A stretch of DNA of 62,907 bases, counting the filler. It is 12 parts of 12 records of this genome, joined end to end, with 100 filler letters (N's around TTAATTAATTAA, not from the genome) between each part and the next. Parts side by side here need not be neighbours in the genome. Positions count along the whole stretch, not along the records: positions 12,644 to 16,562 come from SRR7504441_19346; positions 16,663 to 22,351 come from SRR7504441_19348; positions 22,452 to 26,090 come from SRR7504441_19358; 9 more parts are not named here. One strand, written 5' to 3'. Made by a program: the position numbers and the translations under genes. Numbering within the stretch: the stretch's first letter is position 1; the number at the start of each line of letters is the position of its first letter. The notes under the pieces are model-generated. The model was given only the letters and a program-made list of their open reading frames with translations, had not been told where the DNA came from and did no database searches. Positions 12,781-23,103 of this stretch are shown one piece after another.

Positions 12781-14108
12781 TTACTTGATGTAGTTGTTAG
12801 CGTAGTCCCGGATGATCTCTTTCAAGTCGACATCCATCGGGAACCCTAGCTCGCGCGCCTTGGAGCAATCCAGGTACGGGCATACGTCAATCTCCTTCAC
12901 CGTGGTGGTGCCCTCGCTGGCCGGCACTTGCTTGATCCGCCCGAGCGCCAGCCCCTCCTCCGCGGCCACCTCCTGTGTGGCTGCCCAGATCTGGCTGAGC
13001 GTGTAAGTCTCCGCCGGGATCTGGATCACTCGGTTGGCTCCGAGCTTGCTGCCGTCCAGGCTGGAGATGGCGTGCAGCAGGCAGTCGATGTTGTTGTTCA
13101 GGCTGGAGCAGGGGTACGGCACGTCCATTGGGAGCGACACAGCATACTCCTTACCCTCTAGAGGCTGGGTGAATATGCCAGTAAACGGGTACGAAATCGA
13201 GTTTGAGAAGCCCGGCCGGCCTATCACCGCAGACAGCCGGGTGACCCGGCCGTCCAGGAAGCCTTTGCGGGTCCAGTCGCACACCTGTTGTCCAGTCACA
13301 CGTGGTGAGGGCAATTCAGGGGCTGCCTGCAGCTCCATGCACGCCTTCTGGCACCCGTAGCTCACAGGCGATAAACGGAACGATTCCTCGTTACACGGGT
13401 GGGTCTTGTTGAACTCGTTAAAGCAGGTGACGTAATCCGTCGAGCAATAGAGGTATATCTGGCTCCAACGGTCGGATCAGCCCGCCGGCGCGCTACCTGA
13501 GGAGCCCCCAGCAGTTCGCCAAGCTCCCGGACGCACTGCATAACGTTCAGCGTCCCGAATATGTTCACCTTGAGTCCGAGATCGAAGTTGTCCTCCGCAT
13601 ACCTCGCCCGCCGGATCGGGCCGGCCCCAGGCCCGGACCCACCCGGAGAGCACCGCGGCAAGGTGGACCACCGTGACGTGGCTGGCGCCGTTAGGAGCGA
13701 GCACCCGGTCCATGGTCGGCTTGTCGCACAGGTCCCCGAGCTCGACGCTCACCCGGCTGTCGGACATCACTTCGGAGCCCACCGTGCCGGACGGGTCTTT
13801 CATGTCGAAGAGCACGATCTGGCTCAACGGCAGCTCGGTCGCCGGGCCCACCTGGCTGCCCCGGGGGTGAGCGGGCCGCCGGGTCGGGCCGGGCACATGG
13901 TGGGCTTGGCGATCATTTTCTTGCACATGCGGGCTCCGACGAGGCCGCCGGCTCCGAGTATCACCACCTTGACGCTCGGCTGGCTCGGCTCGACCGCCGG
14001 GGGCTCGGTCCACATCCAGGATCGGGCCTGGAAGGCAGGGGTGCGCACTACGGCCGGGAACGGGCCCGCGCGTGGCGGCCAGGCGGGTGGGAGCGGCGGA
14101 GACGACAT
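12781..14108 (-). CDS. Extended SDR, NAD-dependent epimerase/dehydratase (D-erythronate dehydrogenase DenD-like), 5 exons
   Basis: VVILGAGGLVG, HLAAVLSGYAEDNFDLGLKVNIFGT, YxxxK (SYGCQKA), DWTRKGFLDGR. Start may instead be the ATG near 14015. Confidence 0.85.
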
Positions 14109-14231
14109 GCTACCTCTTCGGTGGGGCTTCGGCTCTGTAGTAACGGTCAGTCTGCTTCAGTCTGTAATAACGGACGGGCTTGCTTTGGCACGGGTCACTG
14201 ACAGGGGCACCGTCGGGTCGGAGGGGCGCAG
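14109..14231. promoter_or_regulatory. Divergent intergenic region with duplicated TCTGTARTAACGG
   Basis: 13-nt repeat (1 mismatch) at 14134-14146 and 14161-14173, each ending in TAACGG. Confidence 0.6.
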
Positions 14232-15730
14232 ATGCAGGAGGGCGGGGGCGAGCTGGACGATTTCTCGCCGGAGCCGAGCCTGACGGAGGCGCCCCCGCCG
14301 GAGGGCGATGTCTTCCAGAACCAGCCGTTCGACGAGGCGATGGCTCTCACCGACGAGAGCTCGGTCGCGGACGAGTCCGAGGACGAGCTCGGTATGGACC
14401 TAGGTGCCGGGCCCCGGCCGCCCGGGCCAGCCGGGCACAGGCCAGCCGGGCGAGCGGTCCACTGAGCTGGTGGCCAACCAGTCGTTCGACGAGGCCATCG
14501 ACGTGTCGGACGCCTCCACCGTCAGCCCCGGTCTGGGGCGGCGGGGCCGGGGCGCTGAGGGTTACCGGGGCAGCTAACATGAGCGGGATGAGCGGGAGCG
14601 GGCCCCGGGAGCCCAGCCTGAGTCCGGAGGAGAAGGGGGCGGCCCGCAACCCCGAGATGCTGCTGCTGAACGAGGGAGACACTGAATCGAGCAGCGAGCC
14701 CGAAATGGACGAGCTGCCGCACACCGGCGGGCTCGGGGAGTCGATGGATCCGGAGGAGACCCAGAAGGGGTTCACGGTGCGCCCAGCCGCCAGCTGGCTC
14801 GGCCGAGCGCCTGTTGCAGCCGATCGAAGGAGGGTACGACCCTGCGGATTTCGAGGATCTGGACTGCGGCGAGGATGTGAGGGATCTATTCATGTGCGGC
14901 TACCCGGTCGGGCCGGGGCCGACTGGGGGCAGGTATATTACGCGCTACCAGGCCCACGCGGCCGAGCTTGAGTCGACGCTTAAGCCATTCATCCCAGAGT
15001 ACATGCCAGCCGTGGGCGACATCGATGCGTTCATCCGCATTCCCAAGCCGGGGCGGGCGGAGGCGGAGGAGCCGCTCGGACTGAAAGTGCTGGACGAGCC
15101 GGCGGCGGTGCAGACGGACCGGACGGTGTGGGCTGGGCCGCTGGGGAGTAAGTTTGGGCAGGTTCTGGAGATGCAGCTGAGGGCACATACCAAGCAGACG
15201 GGGCTGCAGGCGCAGGAGGTGGCATCGATCAATGAAGCGGCGCACAACCCTCAGGTGGGCTGGTCAGAGCCGTGCCGTGCGATCCGGGCGACAGGCGATA
15301 AGGAAGTGGATAGCTTCTGTTGAGAGCCTGCATAGCTCCAAGCCTGAGAGCTCAATTGCGTTCAGCCGGCCGATGCCGGAGATCGAGGCGCTGATGCAGG
15401 TCAAACTCGCCCGGTGCACCGGCGTGGAGTGTGCGGGCAGGTGTGGCCTGCAGGGTTTGAGGAAGCGCTGGGGAATGTGCCGCTGCCTCCACCACACTTG
15501 GACTGCTCGGTGGAGGTGGCTAGCGGATCCGTGGCGGCTGGATGGGTGCGGGGCAGGAATACGCTCGGCTTTGTTGCGCGCTGCTGGACATCCCGGTGCA
15601 GGACAACCTGATCCACTCATTGCACACGATGTGTATGCTGTACTCCGAGTTTAAGGGCAACCAGCACTTTGGTGACCTAGGCGAGCCGGGGCTTGACCAA
15701 CAAGACGGCAACGCGATGATGTTCCAATAG
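14232..15730 (+). CDS. IFT46: Intraflagellar transport protein 46
   Basis: Acidic N-terminus with NQPFDEA-type repeats; GYDPADF, LFMYITRY, LKPFIPEYMPAVGDIDAFIRIP, LGLKVLDEP, MPEIEALMQVWP, ALLDIPV, LYSEFKGNQHF; 8 short GT-AG introns. Confidence 0.95.
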
Positions 15731-15917
15731 CTAAACCCCCCATTCTCAGGAGCTAGCGATGATGTCGTTTAATTGCGATAACTGGCTTTTACAAGATACA
15801 TGTACCGCGTTTTTCAATCGGATATAAATCGGATAGCTTGACGAGTTCGCGAACACCTGTGTGCACCTTCAAATAGCGTATTCTACAGTAAGCGTATTCA
15901 ACACATCATGATCCAGC

Positions 15918-16562
15918 TTAAAGTCCAGTGAAGGCCGGGCTGTTCACCACGCCCACAAAAAGCAGCTCGCCACCGGCAATGCTTTCGATTGCCAGCAAGA
16001 ACGGTCGGTCCACCAAAAACTTCGGCACCGGCGGTGGCATGCACCGCCTGGTCATCACCACAGCAGTGGCCGCCGCAGCCTCCGTGCCCTCCTCGTTCAC
16101 CTCGACCACCGCTTTATGCAGCACGTTGCCCACCTTGACGTCCACATCCCCCATCCTCAGGAACCCGCCGTCTTGCTCGAAGATCACGCCCAGGCCGAGC
16201 TCGCTCAGTGCCGGTTTCAGTTCAGCCAAGCCATATTCCAGCTTGAACCGAGGCAGTCCGATCTCGAGCTTGAGCTCGCCCCGCGGCCGCAGCCCGTCCC
16301 ATGCCGCCCCGGACTCCGCCAGCGCTCGGCACAGCTCTGGCATCCCAGCAGGCTCCGAAGGCAGGACCACCACAGCCCGGACAGAGGCGCCTTGGTAAGC
16401 CAGTCCAATCGACCTGCCCAGCGGCGACTCGGCGTAGGCAACGGATCGCGTGGCGCGCATCATCCGGCAGGCTACGGGACCGGCCGGGGTTTGGAACTGG
16501 CTAGTCGAGGTGCGCTCCGGCGCAAACTGGGCCAGCCAGCTTCCCTTGAAGTACACCGCGTT
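15918..16562 (-). CDS. Serpin, C-terminal half (5'-truncated)
   Basis: NAVYFKGSW, LPRFKLE, HKAVVEVNEEGTEAAAAT, FLVDRPFL, LFVGVVNSP. Confidence 0.95.
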   Translation of the reverse strand, partial: NAVYFKGSWLAQFAPERTSTSQFQTPAGPVACRMMRATRSVAYAESPLGRSIGLAYQGASVRAVVVLPSEPAGMPELCRALAESGAAWDGLRPRGELKLEIGLPRFKLEYGLAELKPALSELGLGVIFEQDGGFLRMGDVDVKVGNVLHKAVVEVNEEGTEAAAATAVVMTRRCMPPPVPKFLVDRPFLLAIESIAGGELLFVGVVNSPAFTGL

Positions 16563-16662
16563 NNNNNNNNNNNNNNNNNNNNNNNNNNNNNNNNNNNNNN
16601 NNNNNNTTAATTAATTAANNNNNNNNNNNNNNNNNNNNNNNNNNNNNNNNNNNNNNNNNNNN
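16563..16662. other. Artificial contig linker
   Basis: Same 100-nt pattern. Confidence 0.98.
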
Positions 16663-16881
16663 AGCAGAAGCTAGCCCGACTCCAGTTGGAGCGGCAGCCC
16701 GGGCGGGCCTGCAAGACGCTCGGGCTGTGCCTCCATGGTTGTTGAGCAGCTAAGGCCTATCACACAAAGCTTAGACCTATCCCAAGTGCTGGCCCAGACC
16801 TTGCTGCTGCAGCTGCCATGACAGGTGAGTGGCCGTGATTCTATCGCTCAACACTGCGGCGAGTGCTCCAAACTCATCCTG

Positions 16882-17815
16882 TCACCCGCTCAGGCGCAGC
16901 CCCTGGCAACACACCTCGGTCAGAAACCGCTCGCACTCCCTGCCGAGCCAGGTGCTGCACCGGCACTCGACCGACCCTGCACCAAGCTCAAGCGGCAAGC
17001 AGTACGGCCATACTCGGTGAGTGAGGCTCCACCCTGAAGCCCTTGCCCGGAGGCTGCTGCCAGCCGTATCCTGCCCCAGAGTCAGACCACTCCAGTCCAG
17101 GCTCCACCTGCCAGCTCGCCGTCGAACAGCACCGCTGCCTCCTGGAACGGCGGGCAATCCCTCACTCGCTGCAGGACTGGCCCGCTCCCGCCCATCATCG
17201 CAGTAAACGTGGGGCTCGTATCGCCCGAGGAGCCCCTGCAGCGGCGGGTCAGCTCCAACCGACAGCTTGCCCGGCGCCTGCCGTGCAGCTTGAGCATAAA
17301 CCTGACGGTTTGGACCCCGTGATCGGCAGCGGCCGCCAGCCAGTCCATCACCACTGGCACGGCCGCCTCGAGCGGCGCTAGTTCGATCTGGGCCTCGAGG
17401 CCCTGCACAAACCTGGCCTTGGACACCCGTGCCAGCCGGTCCCCGGCCGTCTCCACCAGGCAGGTCGGGCCGTTGGCCTGGAGCTGCTGGAGCAATCCAG
17501 CCAGCCCAAAGTACTGAGCCTCGGCGCACACAGCCTCCAGCTGCTCCGGCGGGGGCTGGCGGACCCCCCGCAAGTAGTTTAGCAAGTAGTGGAAGTGCCG
17601 CCCGTCACGGTCGATGAAGATCCGGCCGGCGCTGTCCCGCTCGTGTCGCAAGCCGTGAGAGAACAAGGCGGCCAGCATGCTCTGCTCATCGCCCCGCAGC
17701 GTGTCCAGTGTGGTGCTCACGCACACGCCTGACCCCCCGGCTGGCTCGGCCCATACGCCCGCCCACCCCCCACGTTGAGCTCCACCACTGACGAGCTGGT
17801 GGACGGCCCGGCCAT
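16882..17815 (-). CDS. BTB/POZ (KCTD-type) protein; 3' end uncertain
   Basis: Spliced VVELNVGGVCVSTTLDTL, SMLAALFS, IFIDRDGRHFHYLLNYLR, EAQYFGL. ATG at 17815. Confidence 0.85.
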
Positions 17816-17897
17816 CACAACAGCGCGGCACCCCTGGCAGTCCTCCTTCCCGCCAAACTCTCGTCGATTGTCCAGCTGCAGGCTCCAAGCTGGTAGT

Positions 17898-18728
17898 ATG
17901 GGCAACGCGGCCAGTCCGCGGTACCGCAGCTCCGGCCTGGAGGAGCCGGACTCGCTCCAGGGGCTGGTGCTGGCCGCCCCGCCCACCGCCGGCCTGGCCC
18001 CGGGGCTCCAAGTGCTGATCGAGCTGGACAGCGCCGGGCTGAGGGTGCTGCCGGCTGACGGCTCGGCCCGGCCACTGTGCGCGCTCAGCCTGTTCGAGCT
18101 CCGGTCGTGGCGTCTGGACCCGGGCGATGCGATCTCGCTGGTGCTGCGCGACGGCGGGCAGTGCAACACATTCACATTTAAGGTGCGCAACCCGACCGAG
18201 GTGTTCAACCGGCTCACCCTGACGGCTGAGCTAGTTTTGCGGGAGCTAGCGCACCAGGAGCTGAGTCACTCGCCCCGCAGCCCCGCTCAGCGGATCAGAC
18301 AGGACATGAAGAGCCAGGGGCTCCGCCGGAGAATTTCGTCCAGCCTGGAGCTGGACTGGTCAGTCAGCCCAGCGAGCCCACAGACGCCTGTGAGCCGCTC
18401 AGAACTAACCCACTGTGTCAAGGATCTAAACAGCGAGCTAGCTGAGGTGCACAAGTCGAAGCTCGATCTGCTGGCAGCAATCGAGGCACGTGGCGAGGCC
18501 AGCCCACCCAGCCCGCACACGCCTTACAGCGACGACGGCCCTTGTGGAGGCTTTACCGTGCTAGTCCGCAAAGGCGAAAAGGAGAGGCTTGCCCGTATGG
18601 ACACGCGGGCGCAAACCAAAGAAGTTAAGATTGGGCGATATCTCCAAAAGCTACGACGAGTGGCACGGGAGCAAGAGAATCCGCTCCTGCGGGTTCTTGC
18701 CAAGTGGCACAAGCAACCAGCATTATAA
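17898..18728 (+). CDS. Hypothetical protein with possible N-myristoylation, PH-like region and coiled coil
   Basis: MGNAAS start; beta-rich segment ending in a helix (FTFKVRNPTEVFNRL); heptad-like C-terminal region. Confidence 0.55.
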   Translation: MGNAASPRYRSSGLEEPDSLQGLVLAAPPTAGLAPGLQVLIELDSAGLRVLPADGSARPLCALSLFELRSWRLDPGDAISLVLRDGGQCNTFTFKVRNPTEVFNRLTLTAELVLRELAHQELSHSPRSPAQRIRQDMKSQGLRRRISSSLELDWSVSPASPQTPVSRSELTHCVKDLNSELAEVHKSKLDLLAAIEARGEASPPSPHTPYSDDGPCGGFTVLVRKGEKERLARMDTRAQTKEVKIGRYLQKLRRVAREQENPLLRVLAKWHKQPAL

Positions 18729-18904
18729 AAACACTTGCGTCGAATCGTTTGAGAATTGCTTTGTCTGAATAGTGATTAAATCATAAATACCTTCACGCAA
18801 AATATATGTACAGGATTTGGTCGAGCCACTTTTAATAAGCCCTACACGTAAGTGGTGTGGTTTTACATACGGCGCGAGCTGTTATAATTATGCATGCTTC
18901 AAGA

Positions 18905-21900
18905 TTATTTCATGAGGCGACGGAGTCTTAGCATCGCAATTCCAACCAAGGCACAAGCCATCATCGCTGCGACGGAGCCCCGGTGGCTGCTCAACTGCTT
19001 GAGCAGCCTAGCGATCGCCGCCCCCAGCCCCGTTTTGGATGCCACCGCGTTGTCTTGCAATCCGAGCTTCATTGTCGCCGCCTTGCTGGCTGGCAGAGCA
19101 TTGCTACCAGTCCAGCGCTCACCAAGCTTGGGTCCAGTCTTGGGCTTGCCCTTCTTACTCTCGGGCGGGGCGCCGTTGGCCGACATGTCCTGGTGGTCTG
19201 GCTTGGCATTGTCTATCGAGAGCATCGGCATCAGCGCCGCCTTCAAGTTGTTGAAAAGCTGCGGTGTCTGGTGCTCCTGAGCTGCCAGCAGCTGCTTGCA
19301 CCGCACGCGTTCCTTGGGTGCCTCGAAGCAGGCCGGACAGTTCTCGTTGATCACCGGAAGATTAGCCTCGGCGGCGAAAGCTCGTAAGTCGCGCTCTCTC
19401 ACGAACGTGAGCGGCCGGATCACTCGGAGGTCTTCCTGAGCAACTGCGTAGTTTGCCTTGATCGTGCGGAGCACTCCGTTGAAGAAGGCGGCCATCAGGA
19501 AGGATTCAGCCGCGTCATCCAGGTGCTGACCGAGTGCGAGCACATTGTACCCCTCGCGCCGCATTGCCGCATAGAGCCGGCCGCGCTTCATGCGGGCGCA
19601 GAACGAGCAGATCGAGCTGGGCGGCTGCTGCTGGCTCCTGGCCAGGTCGATGATCGGCTGCTCCTCGAAGAAATAATCCATCCCAAGAGCCTCAAAGTAG
19701 GCCCGCAGCGGCCGCGGGTCAAACCCGTCGGCCTTGGGATCGACTGTGACTGCCCCAAGAGAGAAGTTGACTCCGCGGTGCTTCATCATCTGCTGGTAGC
19801 TCCGCAGAATGTGGACCATGCTTAGACTGTCCTTGCCCCCGCTCACTCCGATCATCACTCTGTCCCCGTCCTCAATCATCTTGAACTTCTCTATCGCTTT
19901 CACAGTCGCCCCGAACACTGGTTTAGGCGGCTTCACAAACCCCCACTCCCGTTCCACAACCACCGGTTCCGGCACTGGCGGCGCTGCAGCCGGAGCGGCG
20001 CACCCGCGCACCCTGAAGAGCGGCTCCCTCGCACAGCCCTCGCCGCCGCCCCGGAGATATTCAACGGCTTCAGTAGGATACAGGAACCAGCGCAGCCGCT
20101 CCCTGGCAGGGTCCAGCACGGACTGCTCGCCAGTGCGCTGCTTGGAGGCCCCTTGGTCCAGGATCCGCGCCGCCTGCCCACCCTAGCAGCAGCCCCACCC
20201 AGAGCAGCCGCCTGTGAAAGCGTCTCGGCATAGTATTCCTCCTCACTGGCGCTAGCCGCCTGCTCGGGTAGCTCCGGTGCGTTGAACCTGCCCAGCCAGG
20301 CTCAGCTGCTGGCTCCAGACGCTCACCTGAGCCGATCGTTGTTGTCGGCCTCGAGGGCGACATCCGAGAGCCAGAGTCGGCTGCTGGCGCTCTTGAAGTT
20401 CCTGTGCGACCACTCGCCCGTCTCGGGGTCCATTTGGTAGTCGGCCATCACCCGCCACCCGTCCCGGGCCACCTGCGGCCGGGCTCGCTCAGGCCGGGGC
20501 CGGGGCTCGCCATCTTGATCGCGCTGCACACAAACTGGATCAGCTGCGTCGAGGCCGTGTAATGCAGGCTCACACGCACAAACCCTGCCCCGAGCCTCAC
20601 ACCCACCCACAGCCGGCATACCCGGCCGGAGCAGCTCGCGGCCCGAGCCCCGGCGGGCCTGGTCGGTTAAGAGCTCGGCCAGGCCTCCCCGCTCGTCGAG
20701 CACGGACCGCTCTAGTTCGCGGGCGAGGGTGAGGTCGATCCCAAGCAGCCACTGGGCGTACGGCCCGGCACACGCGCACCCGGCCCTGGCTTGGATCCCG
20801 AACAGATCGTTTAGCAGGGTGGCCACCAAGTTGTGGTGCAGGTACCGGCCCGACTTGCGGTGCAGCACCACAAAGGAGAAGACCGGCAGTCGGGCTGTAC
20901 TCGTGTCGCCCAGCAGCTGGAGCGGCTCGCAGCCCACCAGCTGCTCCATCGCCGAGCAAGCCACCGCCCTCTCCAGCCGCTCTATCGCCGCGGCACCAAC
21001 GGTCCGGTGCACGTGCATGGCCAGTCCGGCCCGGATCGCGCCGACGATATCTGGCGTGCCGCCCTCCTCGCGTTCCTCAAGCTGCCACAAGTACCGGTGC
21101 TCCTCGGCCGTCACGAAGAACACCGAGCCGCCCCCGTGCCCGCTCGGCACCGGGTTGGCCCACAGCGCCCGTTTGGCCACCAGCACCCCCGGCGTGCCCG
21201 GGCCGCCGGCCATCTTGTGCGGCGAGATGAACACAGCATCCTTTGCAATCGATTCCGCAGAGTACTGCGGATCCACAGGGTTCATATCGCATCCTAGCCC
21301 AGGGAAGCCCGACCCGTAGTCCCAGAAGGCGAGCGCCCTGTGCGCCTTGAGCAGGGCCGTCACCTTGTGCACATCGCATAGCGCGCCAGTCACGTTGCTA
21401 GCCGCTGTGAACGAGCCCATCAGCAGCGGTCGGTCCTTGCACTCCACCAGCAGTCGCTCGAGCGCCGACAAGTCCAGCCCACCGCTCTCGTCTGCCGGGA
21501 CTGTCCGCATCTCCACGTGCGGGCACTCCCGCCAGGGCAGCTGCCCGCCGTCAGCCCGCCCAGACCGGGGCGCACCAGGTTGCTGTGGTGCTCCTGCAGG
21601 CCGACGAACACCACCGGCCGAGCCCCAACGAACCGATCGAGCTGGAGCGCGTGGATCAGCTTGTGCACCGCCGCGGTGGTCCCAGAGCCGGTGAAGAGCA
21701 CCACGTCGTCCACGGCCGAGCCGTTGCACGCCGACTGGATGATGGCCCGGGCCTCCTCGCGGCACCAGGACGAGCTCAGCCCGGCCCGCGAGGCACTGGT
21801 GTGTGTGTTGCCGTACAACGGCAGCACACGGTCCGTTATGAACCGCTCGACGAACCGCAGCGCCCGGCCAGACGCAGACCAGTCGCAGTAGACCAGCCGG

Positions 21901-22049
21901 CGCTGGCCGTACGGCGAGGCGATCGGGCACCGCTCGCCCACCAGCTCGTCACGCAGCCCACGGGCGACCGCCTCGGCGTCATCCGCCAGCGGCGGCCGCA
22001 GCCAGAACCGGGCGTCGCTCTGGGTCCACCGCCTGTCGCCGAACCCCAT
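18905..22049 (-). CDS. Class V aminotransferase (SufS-type cysteine desulfurase) fused to a TtcA-like tRNA thiolase, with C-terminal TM segment
   Basis: N-part: YCDWSASGR, YGNTHT, FTGSGTT, EHHSN, AASNVTG, SPHK (PLP Lys), GGTP, RAGCACA. C-part: SGGKDS PP-loop, CSFC, GQHLDD, IRPL, CPAC. Introns 20288-20326 and 20174-20211 keep one reading frame. Confidence 0.85.
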
Positions 22050-22351
22050 GCGGCACAGACGCTCGAAGACCGGTCCAGCTTGACCGTTAGACTCAGCGGC
22101 CCGTGTACGAGTGTCTCTCAATCTGTATCTCGATGTATTCTTCTATTCAACACAATAAAACCAACTAAACAGAACGCTAGAAGCAATCTCATGATCGATA
22201 TATGATCGATAATTATCATCAAATGAGCTTCGTCCCTTGGAGGGTCTCATGATCATGGAGGTCTACTATTGTAGGTTCACCAGGCTCAGTTCCTCAACCT
22301 TGGCTCTAGTCTTCTCCAGGAGTAGCCAGAATCTGGATCGACTGGTCCTTG

Positions 22352-22451
22352 NNNNNNNNNNNNNNNNNNNNNNNNNNNNNNNNNNNNNNNNNNNNTTAAT
22401 TAATTAANNNNNNNNNNNNNNNNNNNNNNNNNNNNNNNNNNNNNNNNNNNN
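22352..22451. other. Artificial contig linker
   Basis: Same 100-nt pattern. Confidence 0.98.
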
Positions 22452-22828
22452 CATACCTGTGGGTCTCACATGGAATGGGGTGGGTGATGTTAGCATGGTT
22501 TTACTTTGAATGCGACCTGCATGGTCAATGGTTGGTGGCATTTGGCATGCCATTTGCTACTGGAGTGGTAGCAGTGTGCATGTCTCGTACTCCGAGACTT
22601 ATGGCGTATGTTACTAATGCTGCCAGTCGTGGCAAGTACGGTATGGTATCAAGTGAAGGGAGCTACTATCTAATGGAACCAGCTACTAAACACGACAAAC
22701 ACGGTTCTTCGGGTCTTTCAATGACTGAATTTCCACGACACACCCTCGATACCACGGGCTCTTTGCCTGTAAGCATCACCCGTGATAGTGCCGGGTCTTA
22801 TGAACCCCCCATCTCACAAACGTTGTAG
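22452..22828 (+). CDS. 3' fragment of a membrane protein
   Basis: Two hydrophobic segments then a polar tail, open from near the contig edge. Confidence 0.4.
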
Positions 22829-23103
22829 TCCACTTAGTGATCCGTCCGGTGATCCACTTCGAAAACTTCTACTTTCGTGAGATCTTAAGAAGCAGATTGC
22901 TATGAGTTAGAGTGTAATTGAATAAAATTACAAGTAATATTGTACATGTAAAAGTTTATTTGTTGTTGTTCAATAGTGACACTCATAGTAATCGCTTGAA
23001 TTCGAATTGTTTCATCAAAATTCTCATAGTTATGCATGCAAGTTGCAATCAACCCAATAAGGCATTACAAGCGTTCCTGAGTGCATGCAGTCATGAAAGT
23101 CGC

